A stretch of DNA of 64,000 nucleotides from Chrysemys picta bellii (Eukaryota). Both the position numbers and the translations under genes were made by a program. Under the pieces are notes generated by a model. It was not told where the DNA came from, searched no databases, and saw only the letters and a program-made list of their open reading frames with translations. Shown in pieces: positions 48,928 through 60,248 of this stretch. The stretch lies in NCBI RefSeq assembly GCF_011386835.1, contig NC_088794.1, positions 94,798,001-94,862,000 on the forward strand, read 5' to 3'. The stretch's first letter is position 1, and every line of letters begins with the position of its first letter.

Positions 48928-49849
48928 CTGCATGGTATTACAACAGGTCAATTGTGTAAAATTTAGCATAATACATGTTATCTATTGCAGATGTGAACAC
49001 AAGCTTCAGTGACCAAACAAGTCCCTTCATGACATTTCTGTAGGGGCAAGTTAATTGAGTGTTCTATAGAGTTTTTATTTAGATCCAGCAACCCCTTGCC
49101 TTCTTGGTCTCCTTCAGTAGAGGGTGACCACAAGAAATTTCCTTGTGGTCATCCAGGAACAGCAAGTGTTTTCAAGAGCGGTAGCAGAATTACTGGTAGA
49201 TACATGATACAATGTAGAGAGGAGATGTGGTGTGATGTAGTAAAAAGAATCAAGATTTCTTAAGGTGAGGTTTGATAAGTCACTTAGTTTCTATAAAATA
49301 GGTATATTTACTCACCTCAGAAGCATTGTAAGGGGTTTACGGTTTCTAAAACATTTTAAAGTCTCTTAGATGAAGCACAAAATGTGGAACCAAAATTTAG
49401 AAATGAACACAAAGGTTCGTGCAAGTAGAATCTCAAAATCTCAGGCACTGGTTCTTAAAAATGACTACTAGCTTTGGGTGTCAAATTTGACACCTTAAAA
49501 GAGCTCTAAATTCAGGAAGTGTGAACTCCCACTCTCTGAAAATTGTGCCCCTTTAAGGTGCCTCAAGTTGGGCAGCTCAGAAGTTCCAGATCCCCAAAAT
49601 AAATTAAAGTTTTGTCCAAAGCTTTTTACCATAGGAAACCACACTACCTATGACCACCTCTTCTCAGGCCCTTTTTATCCAACAAAAGAGGAAGAAAGGC
49701 ATAAGCCAATCTTGTTTTTTCCTTAGTGGGTCAATGCTGAGGAACTGGGAGAAGGGTGAAGATCTGACACACTGGACCAAAAAGGGAGTTCCAGGTGCAT
49801 AAGACAGCTTGGTAGGAAAAAGGAGAACACAGAATGATGCAAACATGCT

Positions 49850-50560
49850 CTGAACAAATTGAAGTGGTTAGGAGACAGATGAAATGCAGTTTATGCTAGA
49901 CATTCAAGGCAAGAAGCTTACTGAACTGGAGGGTGAGAAGCCAGTGAAGCAACTACAACCTGTGCAGAGTGTAGTCAGAGTGACAGGCAAGAAAGATTTT
50001 GCAGCAGATTTCTGTACAGATCAGCTGGGTGTGTATGGGAGAGAAGAACATCAGTGAGCGCAAAGGAAATTACAAAAGTCAAGGCAAAAGACATCCAAGG
50101 GCTTGGACAAGGGTCTTGGTACTGGCAATAGGAATGGATAATTTTGGAGATGTAAAACAGTTTGAGGGGAAGAGAAAGAAGAGTCTGGTTTTAGTCATGT
50201 TAAGTTTTAGCTGGTGGTATGGTATCCAAGATGTCAGATGCAGATTTGAAAAATCAGTATTCAGGTGGCAGCAGAAGCCATGTAGCAGGTTGACATTACC
50301 TACTGAGAGAAGGCTAAGGACAAACCCCTACAGAGAAAGGGAAAGAGGAGGAGCCCCCAAAGAAGATACTGAAGGATCAGACAGACACCGAAGTAATTTA
50401 GAAGAGCAGTGTCTGAATCCCAGAGAAAGTGTCTCTAGGAGGGTCCAACTGACTATGTCAAGACAGCAAGAAGAATGAGGACAAAGAAGAGGCCTTATAG
50501 CTGATGGATTGACAGTCTGCCAAGCTGGAGACTGGGGTGCAGGATAAGGCAACTTACACT
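49850..50560 (-). mobile_element. Ancient LINE (L2/CR1-like) remnant
   Basis: Purine-rich degenerate stretch resembling antisense L2 ORF2; recognised by pattern only. Confidence 0.35.
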
Positions 50561-50727
50561 TGAATGTCACTTTTCATTGAAGTTTATGATTCTGGGAGGA
50601 GGGTAAGATGCTTTAAAGAAAATCCAAAGGTGGAGAACCAGACAATTAGGGAGTAAAGCTGCTTGATAAGAGATACTAGTGCTAGAAGTGAGTTCGTAGC
50701 TGATAAGTCACTATTGGCTCCTCTATG

Positions 50728-50945
50728 CAGGGTTGTTGTTGCCATGTTGGTCCCAGGATATTAGAGAAAGTGGGAGAGGAAATATCTTTCTTTGGACTAA
50801 CTTCCGTTAATGAGAGAGAAGTTTTCAAGCTTACACATAGCTGTTCTTTAGGTCTGAGAAATCTACTCTGTCACAGCTAAATACAAGATGGAACAGATTG
50901 TTTAACATAAGTAAACACATTTCAAGGCTCCTGGACTTTCACCAG
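50728..50945. mobile_element. Penelope-like fragment, same family as 9050, more decayed
   Basis: gccatgttggtcccaggatattagaga..aatatcttt..ggactaacttc..ttttcaagcttacacatagctgttctttaggtct. Confidence 0.6.
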
Positions 50946-51029
50946 AGGCATTCAGCAGCATGACAACAGAAATGGAGAATAGGTTGACATGTGAACCAGA
51001 ACTGAGTATTGATTAAGGATCATAACACC

Positions 51030-51175
51030 CTGGTAAGGTAAGCAAGTGTCCCCATATTACCAGATGGAAAACCATTCAAGAGAGGTTAAGTGACTGCCCA
51101 AAGTCTCACAGCAAATCCATGGCAAGACTGAAGATAGAATCTAGGTATTCAATTCCTACTCCCATGCTTTAGCCA
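51030..51175 (+). mobile_element. MIR/CORE-SINE remnant
   Basis: cccatattaccagatggaaaac..gagaggttaagtgactgcccaaagtctcacagc. Confidence 0.6.
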
Positions 51176-51257
51176 TAAACGTACCTCTGATTAGAACGTC
51201 ACAATGTTTGTCATAAAACTTGTAGACCATTTGGAAATGCATTCAATAGGAACTTAC

Positions 51258-51338
51258 CCCTCTGGGAAAAAGGCATTGATAATCCGGTCTCCCAGGGGGT
51301 TGATGGCAAGCTCAGGAATCCGTTGGAAGTCTTCACGG
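51258..51338 (-). CDS. CHP1: CHP1 exon 3 (81 nt): REDFQRIPELAINPLGDRIINAFFPEG
   Basis: tcccttag|CC acceptor and GG|gtaagt donor; phases chain correctly through exon 7. Exons 1-2 were not found and probably lie beyond 64000. Confidence 0.97.
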
Positions 51339-52779
51339 CTAAGGGAAGCAAGAATGAGAGTCTTCATAAACTTAGCTGTAGAGAAAGTTGCAAAGACTGA
51401 GTAAAGTCTAATGAAAGGATCCACAATACAGCATACCCGTTTGGATTTTACTTCTTCGGAAAAGTACTTTGCTGTTTGCTTTCCAACCATAATAGTGCAA
51501 TAGCTGTTAAGAGTTTATTAATGGCACCAAGATAAGGAGACTAGTACTGAGCTTGTATTACATTACACGCCTATAATAGTGCTAATTTATCAAGTTAATA
51601 CCACTTCTCAGATACAGCAAATACCAATTTGTGCAAGCAATTCTACCAAAGAATTTTAGTTATCCCTCTAGAATGATTGGGCAATACGCAACTACAGTAA
51701 AAGAAAGCAACATAATGAAAAGCAAGTAACAACTAAAGTAAATTGTGTTTAGGAACAAAGTCACTTGAGTTGGAAGGAACTTTAGATTAATTCATCTGGA
51801 GCGATGTATCATAGCCTTGGTATCCCCAAAAGCCACTAATCAATTTTCAGGTTTTAAATTTTAATTTCTTTCTGTCTGGACTCTTTGTTGTATGAGCAAG
51901 ATATTTATATAATGCCGTGGAAGTTAAAGCTGAGCTTGTTTCTGTATCAAACAGGAAGTTTTCCCTACTTTAGAACAGTAGCCATTTTCTATAGGCGCCC
52001 ATCTAAACTAAATAGCTGTGCTGCTTAAAAACTACACTGGTGGATGAAGTTACATTAGTATCAAAGAGTGCACTTGTATAGCTTATTCAAATTAAGAATG
52101 CAAAATAAGCAACAATAAAGCACCTCTATAGTTATATTGCTATGTTTGTAACAAAAAGTCTGACCAGTATAACTGTCAGTAATTGGTACAAGACTTCCTT
52201 ATTCATTTAGGCCTGTAGCTGGAAAGGTATTCATTAGTGGTAGAGATCAAGATTTACTAAAATGCTGGCTGAAAATGTAAACACATTTCTGCCAAGCAGC
52301 AATAATTTCAAACTCTTCCTTGTTGGGTGCCCAATTGTGACCTTGTGCCAGATTTGCAGAAATACTAAACACCGACAATTCCACTTGAAATCAACAGGGG
52401 CTTTGGGCACTTAGCCCTTCTGAAATTCAGCTAAAAAGGTCTCAAGTTGGGGACCGAAGAATTAGTTGCTTTTGAAAACTGTCTTAAGCAAATGAAGTGG
52501 CAATACCAGATGACAGTCAGTTCAAGCTTCTCTAAGCACCAAACCTAGTACTGCAAGAACCTGAACATGAGGATATTCTGGAGGCAATTATGAGCTACCA
52601 CTTCACAGAACTATAAACATTAGACAGAAAGACCCATGGAGTCTAATCTCACCTATTGCCAGTGGGGAACAACTCCCCACAATGTTCTCTAGTGCTCTTC
52701 CAGTCTAGTTTTAAAATTTCTCCTCCTGCTGATATACTTGAGGACCCAGCTGTAGTGTAATTATTGCTGGGATCCCAAT

Positions 52780-53374
52780 TTAAGTTCCCTCTAAGCTGTG
52801 CGGTCATGCAGCTACCTATTAAGCCTCGAGCAGGGGCTCAGGGCTGCGGCAGGGAGAGATTCCTCTCCCCCAGCACGGATCTGCTGCAGCAGGAGAGAGG
52901 AGCCCCCCGGGCCAAGGCTACCGGAGCTGCCGGGGAAAGGAGCCCAGCCCTGCCAGTGCTGTTGTAGCCGGGGAGAGGCACCTCTCCCCTGGCCCGGAGC
53001 TGCTGCAGCAACAGAGGACTGGGGTGAAGTCCTCTCTCCCCACTGCAGCCCCAGGGCAGCCTGCATCCCAAACCCCACATTCCTGGCCCTACCCCAGTGC
53101 CCACACTCCAACCCTCTGCCCCAGACCTGAGCGCCCTCCTGCATCCCAAACTGCTCATTCACAGCCCCACCCCAGAACCTGCACCCCCAGCCAGAGCCCT
53201 CATCTCCCCCACATCTCAACCCTCTGCCCCCTCCCACACTCCAAACCCCTCGGCCCCACCCCACGTATTTTGTTACATGCACCAATATGGAGGTGATGGG
53301 TCACACAGCACCTCCATACTTGTGCACATAAAATTCATTCCGCACATGGATGTAAAAAATTAGAGGGAACACCG
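52780..53374. mobile_element. hAT non-autonomous element (about 595 bp)
   Basis: TIR cores GTTCCCTCTAA / TTAGAGGGAAC; flanks ATCCCAAT / GTCCCAAT (7 of 8 identical). Confidence 0.75.
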
Positions 53375-53694
53375 GTCCCAATTATAGTATATTTGTCACA
53401 ACATGATTAAAACAGACTATGGTCTTATAGTGGTGAAATGACCAGGTTTTTTGACCATCTCCGAACAATGCTACTGACCTATGCATGCCCATGCCTGTGT
53501 TATGCTTCAGAGACATGATTAAGAACCATCTATACATCAAAAATAGTCATGTTGTAACCCAAACCCCTCAATACTGTTCTATTTGAAACAGATGAGGAAC
53601 ACAACATATTAGTGATTTAAACAAAGATGTAGTGAAGCATCCACACTGGGGTAAGAGCCATTTTAACTAGTGCTTTGGCTCCAATTTCAACGTG

Positions 53695-54179
53695 TAGGGC
53701 CCTACCAAATTCAGTCCATTTTAGTCAATTTCACAGTCATTTTAAAATTGTAAATTTAATGATTTCAGCTCTTTAAATCTGAAATGTCATGGTGTTGTAA
53801 TTGTAGGGGTCCTGACCCCAAAAAGGAGTTGTGGGGGAAAGAGGGTCAAAAGGTTGTTTTGGGGGGGTTGCGGTACTGCTACCCTTACTTCTGCGCTGCT
53901 GCTGGCCGTGGTGCTGCCTTCAGAGCTGGGTGCCTGGCCAACTGCTGCTGCTCTCCACCCAGCTCTGAAGACAGTGTTGTAGTAAGAGTGGCAATACTGC
54001 AACGCCCCTAAAATAACATTGTGACCCCCTTGCAACTCCCTTTTGGGTCAGGACCCCCAATTTGAGAAAAGCTTGTCTCTCCCATGAAATCTGTATAATA
54101 TAGGGTAAAAAGCACACACAAGACCAGACTTCACGGTCCGTGATGCATTTTTCATGGCCAAGAATTTGGTAGGGCCCTA
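53695..54179. mobile_element. hAT MITE (485 bp)
   Basis: Perfect 18-bp TIRs TAGGGCCCTACCAAATTC; flanks TCAACGTG / CCAATGTG (6 of 8 identical). Confidence 0.8.
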
Positions 54180-55000
54180 CCAATGTGTACAAGCCACTGA
54201 AAGCAACTACTCCCACATCCTGTCTAGAATTTTCCATTGACATAACATCAGATTCCTTGCTTGTTAAATTTCAGCTTCAGAGAATTTACATTCAACAGTT
54301 CAGCCTCATGTTGTGCCTGGTTTATGGCAAGAGATTAAAAATTAACTACAAGTAACCCCTAGGTTTCAAATCCACTTCTATTTTTGTACATTAAGGGGAC
54401 ATTATGGGGTAGGGATTATAATTGGAATAGCAGCAACAGTCATAAAAATAACAATGCAGAAAGGCAAGTTGTACTTTTTATACACCAAGGCCCCTCAGAG
54501 TCATTAGGGACCTACTTCACCTGGCTAAGGCTGGAGCCTACAGGAAACTGGATGTTCTATTTCTTCCTTGTTCATGTGCCATAGCAACAGGCTTCTCCCA
54601 GTGAGACTTTCCAGGAACCCTGTTTCTACTAAAAACTTGCTTAAAGGTTGCTTTGCCTATGATCTTTAACTGCAAATTGGTTAGTCTGCATAATAAAGAG
54701 CATCCATGACATTTTTCAGTACTAAACAAGCGTTTCTGCTGCAAACAATTAGTAGCTTTTAGATAGGCTATGTATTTCTGAACTGTGGGATGTGTCTCCT
54801 GAAGGGAACACAAGAGCCCAACATGGGGGAAAGACACCCACCTCATTGCCTTGTCCCAAGCAGTTGAAGGGCCATTACTGGCCACTCATTCTTTCACAGG
54901 CTACTGCTCTTATGTTCTGTCTTCCTTGACTAGGTGGTTATACAGAGTGCTGTTTCCCTGATGTCTGACAAGACAGTGAGCACCCCTGTGTAGAACAGAG

Positions 55001-56234
55001 TGTGACAGTGTACCCCATAAGGCTTTATGGGGAGGGGGTGCTTATAAATGTATGTATGACATAACTGGAATATGTTTTGTGCTGCCTGTGCCATGTAATA
55101 TATCTCCGTAAAGGTTATGGTCTACTATATCTATTCATCCTATTTGTACATATATATCATTTTCTACTTGAGGTTAAGAATATGGGCTGTATGCTTGCTT
55201 GGTTTCAAAGTAAGCTTTGGAAGGCATTTGGTCAGCTTCTTTAGGAAGGAATTTGCCAGGTTAAGTACCTGATCAGGAAACACTTGGAGAACAATGCATC
55301 TTGGAATGCTCCAATCCACATAAGAAGTCTTCCTGGAGACATGCAAGATACCATGTGGACAATGGCTTCGGCCTGTAAAGACTGAGTCATGCAGGGACAT
55401 GTGACTTGCCCAGGTGACTCCAGAACTCCATCTTGGAGCTGGACTTTGCATAGGAGGAAGGAAGGGGATCTCCACCCACGAGAGAGAGAGAGAGCGAGAG
55501 AGAGAGCGCGAGCGAGCGCGCCTATTTAAACCCATGGGAGACCCCTCCATTTTGTCTTCAGCTGGCTAAAGAAGGAGCTTCTCCACCCCCCCCAGGATAC
55601 TTGAAGGAAACTGGAACAAAGGACAGTAACTACAGGGGTTGTGAGTGATTGCTGGACCCAGGCTAAAAGGAGATTAGCTTGTAAAAGGGAACATTCTGGA
55701 ACTGGTGAGGAACTTATCTGTATTTAGTTTGATTAGACAGATTTGCGCATTTCATTTTATTTTACTTGGTGACTTACTTTGTTCTGTCTGTTACTACTTG
55801 GAACCACTTAAATCCTACTGTCTGTATTTAATAAAATCACTTTATTTAGTAATTTACTCAGAGTATGTATTAATACCTGGGGGAGCAAACTGTGCATCTC
55901 TCTCTATCAGTGTTATAGAGGGCGAACAATTTATGAGTTTACTCTGCATAAGCTTTATGCAGGGTAAAACGGATTTATCTGGGTTTAGACCCCATTGGGA
56001 GTTGAGCATCTGAGTGCTAAAGACAAGCACACTTCTGTGAGCTGTTTTCAGGTAAACTTGCAGCTTTGGGGCAAGTGATTCAGACCATGGGTCTTTGTTG
56101 GAGCAGATGGGAGTGTCTAGCTCAGCAAGACAGGGTGCTGGAGTCCTGAGCTGGCAGGGAAAACAGGAGCAGAGGTAGTCTTGGCACATCAGGTGGCAGC
56201 TCCCAAGGGGGTTTCTATGATCCAACCCGTCACA
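55001..56234 (+). mobile_element. Solo LTR (Gypsy/ERV type, 1234 bp) in CHP1 intron 2
   Basis: Termini TGTGAC...GTCACA; 5-bp flanks CAGAG / CCGAG; TATTTAAA at 55523 after a (GA)n tract; AATAAA at 55830. No PBS or internal gag-pol seen. Confidence 0.8.
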
Positions 56235-56778
56235 CCGAGGAAAACTGAAGAGAGAATGTGACAGCAGTTGTGGGGGTAGATAAATGGAAGACAGTTCCCA
56301 AAAGTGAGGAAAGGGGAAACAGGAGGAACTACTGGAGTAGTGGGGAGAGATATAAAAGTGAAATAAAGGGAGGAGAAAACTGGCAAGGAGATTAAAGCTT
56401 GCTTTATGCCAGTTTAAAAAACACAAACAGAATTTGAGGGAAGTTTCCCTGTGCAGACCAGGCCAGAGAGCTAGGAAACAAATGTCAGAAGTGGAAGAGA
56501 ACTAGGAGAAGAATAATGGGGAGAGAAAATGAAAAACAGAAAGCAAAGCAGAAAAATACAAAGGAGATCAAATGGGTAAATGAGTCAGGTGAGATGGGGA
56601 GTGGCACTACATGCGAAAGCAAGTATAGAGTCAAATATAGTAAAAAAAATTAAGTGACTGACACTACTGTAGAATCTCTAGAGATAGAAATTCCATGCTT
56701 GAATAAGGCGACTAGCAGTAGGAATATATTACAGCCCACCTGACCAGGATGGTGATGGTGAAATGCTTAAGGTGATTA

Positions 56779-59291
56779 CACTGGTCTACAATTTTTGAGA
56801 AGTCGTCTGCTTTAGAGATAAAATGTGCTATTTATTATGTATTTTGATGTGCTGAATTCAAATGACAATTAAAACAACTGATTGGCTACTGTTTCTAAGA
56901 TATTTAAGTTTTTACATTTTATGTCTATGTATATTGTGTAGATAGAGTTTTAATCATAAATTGTAAACCTAGGTCTTTTCATGTGTTTATGGTTGCTTTA
57001 CATGATAATATTTCACCTGTCCTATTTATGTAACACTTTAAAAATCATCAAAAAAGGGTTATATAAATATAATTTATTATGAAACAAAAAGGCAAAACAC
57101 TATTATGTATATAGTTTAGTCCTATTCAGTGTCTACTCGGTGCTTCTTGGCTTGTCTCTTGTATTCATTAAATGGAGCATCTCTTGTCACTGTCCAGCAA
57201 TAGTCTGCAAGCATTGATGGGCTCCATTTGCCTTGATAGCATCTCTCCATTGTTGCAATGTCCTGGTGAAATCGCTCGCCGTGCTTGTTGCTCACTGCTC
57301 CGCAGTTCGGTGGAAAAAAAAAAAAAAAAAAAAAAAGATCTAGATGAGAGTGCAAAAAATGTATCTTTTAGTGACGTTGCAACCAAGGCTTTTGTATGCC
57401 TTGAGGAGGTTTTCCACCAACAACCTGTAGTTGTCTGCCTTGCTGTTTCCGAGAAAATTTATTGCCACTAACTGGAAGGCTTTCCATGCTGTCTTTTCCT
57501 TGCCACGCAGTGCATGGTCAAATGCATCCTCTCGAAGAAGTTCACGAATCTGAGGACCAACAAAGACACCTTCCTTTATCTTAGCTGCACTTAACCTTGG
57601 AAATTTTCCACGGAGGTACTTGAAAGCTGCTTGTGTTTTGTCAATGGCCTTGACAAAGTTCTTCATCAGACCCAGCTTGATGTGTAAGGATGGTAACAAA
57701 ATCTTCCTTGATTCAACAAGTGGTGGATGCTGAACACTTTTCCTCAGAGGCTCCAATGACTGTCAGAGTGGCCAATCTTTCTTGATGTAGTGGGAATCTC
57801 TTGCACGACTATCCCATTCGCAGAGAAAACAGCAGTACTTTGTGTATCCAGTCTGCAGACCAAGCAAGAGAGCAACAACCTTCAAATCGCCACAAAGCTG
57901 CCACTGATGTTGGTCATAGTTTATGCACCTCAAAAGTTGTTTCATATTGTCATAGGTTTCCTTCATACGGGCTGCCTGACCAACTGGAATTGATGGCAAA
58001 ACATTGCCATTATGCAGTACAACAGCTTTAAGACTAGTCTTCGATGAATCAATGAACAGTCTCCACTCATCTGGATCGTGAACGATGTTGAGGGCTGCCA
58101 TCACACCATCGATGTTGTTGCAGGCTACCAGATCACCTTCCATGAAGAAGAATGGGACAAGATCCTTTTAACAGTCACGGAACATGGAAACCCTAACATC
58201 ACCTGCCAGGAGATTCCACTGCTGTAGTCTGGAGCCCGACAGCTCTGCCTTACTCTTGGGTAGTTCCAAATCCCTGACAAGGTCATTCAGTTCACCTTGT
58301 GTTATGAGGTGTGGTTCAGAGAAGGAGGATGAGAGAAAATGTGGGTCCTGTGACATTGATGGTTCAGGACCAGAAGTTTCATCCTCTTCCTCATCTGACT
58401 CAAGTGAGAATGATTCTGGTGCATCAGGAACCGGCAGTCCTTCTCCATGGGGTACTGGGCGAATAGCTGATGGAATGTTTGGATAATGCACAGTCCACTT
58501 TTTCTTCTTTGACACAGCTTTCCCAACTGGAGGCACCATGCAGAAGTAACAATTGCTGGTATGATCTGTTGGCTTTTCCTGTTCAACCACTGGCGAAGAT
58601 TTGTTGCACAAGTGTTGCAGCATATGTGTGGGGCCCACCTCTTGTCCTGATCTCCAATTTTGCAGCCAAAATAAAGGTGATAGCCTTTCTTAACCATAGT
58701 GGTTATGCTGTGCTTTTGTGATGCAAAAGTCACTTCACCACAAACATAGCAGAAGTTATCTGCACTGTTCACACAAGTACGACGCATCTCTGCTCACTTT
58801 GGCTAAACAGAAATGTGTCCCTTTGCAAAATCAAACACTGACAAATAAGAGCACAAGACTGTATGATTTCTAGATATAGGGGCAATTTGTTCAGCAGAGT
58901 GATGTAAGCTTCGTTATGATTGCATCATCCATGACTTCTAGGAATAACATGATGCAATTCATATAATGTATGACGCAATACCAGCTTCAGATTGCATCAT
59001 TCATTGTTTTGCCTAAAAAGCAAGTACTGTCCAAACCCAGTCATAGATTTATTCATAGATCCAGTCAAAGATGTATTTTAGTCATTTCTGGTTTAAATTG
59101 AGATCCCTTCCCTTTATAACTCACTTATCCCCCACCATTCCCAAGTCAAGGGTTGTATATACTGACGCAATAGCATATCTTGAAAACTAGAGCCAATCAA
59201 CAATTTTAAGCATCATTTTCGTTCTCAGTGACCCAGAATTAGTACAGTTTAACTACATTTATTTCAGAAGCATTTTGGCTGTAGAGCAGTG
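56779..59291 (-). mobile_element. Full-length Chapaev3 (CMC superfamily) DNA transposon, 2513 bp
   Basis: 12-bp TIRs CACTGGTCTACA / TGTAGAGCAGTG (1 mismatch); TTA TSD on both sides (56776-56778, 59292-59294); internal transposase. Confidence 0.88.
57122..58787 (-). pseudogene. Chapaev3 transposase pseudogene
   Basis: Fragments MRRTCVNSADNFCYVCGE..HICCNTC, CYFC, WRLFIDSSK, CGDLKVVALLLG, LHIKLGLMKNFVKA and HSHLD..GAVS.KHGERFHQDI..MLADYCW. In-frame stops at about 58168 and 57763, frameshifts near 58590 and 57375, and a 23-nt A run at 57314-57336. Confidence 0.88.
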
Positions 59292-60040
59292 TTACTGGTT
59301 CTGTTTTTGTAGCCTAATGGGGGATTTTAGCGGTTCCCATATTGAATGGGAACATGTCACCTCAGTACTGGATACAGAGAAAAAAATTGTACACACCATT
59401 AATGAGAGCTTCTTGGAGCAGCTAGTCCTAGAAGCCACAAAGGGAGAGGGAATTTTTGACTTAGTCCTAAGTGACTCAGGATTTGGTCCAAGAGGTGATT
59501 ATAGCTGAACCACTCAGTAATTGTGACCATAATGTAATTACATTTAACATCCTTGTAGAGGGGAAAATACCAAAGAAACCCACCACAGTAGCATTTAACT
59601 TCAAACAGGGAAACTACATAACATTGAGGTGGCTAGTTAAACAGAAACTAAAAGGAATAATCACAGAAGTAAAATGTCTGCAAGCTGCATGGAAACTTTT
59701 TTAAAAAATACTGTAACAGAGGCTCCAACTTTATGTATACCCCCAAATTTAAAACAAAGAAACCACAGTATGAGGGTCAAAAAATGCAACCATGGCTAAA
59801 CAAAGTAAGAGGTTGTTAAAGACAAAAGGACATTTTTTTAAAATTTGAAGTCAAATCCTACTGAGCAAGAAAAAAGGAGCATAATCTCTGGCAAATCAAG
59901 TATGATTAGGCAGGCCAAAAAAAGACTGAACAACTAGCAAAAGACCCCAAAAATTAACATAAGCAGGCTTCCTGCTTAACAATCAGAAGGGCCACTGGAC
60001 AATCAAAATGCTAAGGAAACACTCAGACAAGTCCATTGTG

Positions 60041-60248
60041 AAAAACAACAATGAGTCTGGTGGCATTTTAAAGACTAAGATTTATTTGGGCATAAGCTTT
60101 CGTGGGTAAAAACCTCACTTCTTCGGATGCAAGTGAGGTTTTTACCCATGAAAGCTTATGCCCAAATAAATCTGTTAGTCTTTAAGGTGCCACAAGACTC
60201 GTTGTTGTTTTTGTAGATACAGACTAGCACGGCTACCCCCTGATACTT
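60041..60248. mobile_element. Penelope-derived foldback insertion in CR1
   Basis: Inverted arms of about 80 bp around the loop cttcggatgc (60121-60130); 12-bp TSD AAGTCCATTGTG (60029-60040, 60249-60260). Confidence 0.85.

Noticed and set aside
49999-50478. 159-aa ORF
   Set aside because: No recognisable homology; it lies in a purine-rich old LINE remnant antisense to CHP1 intron 3.
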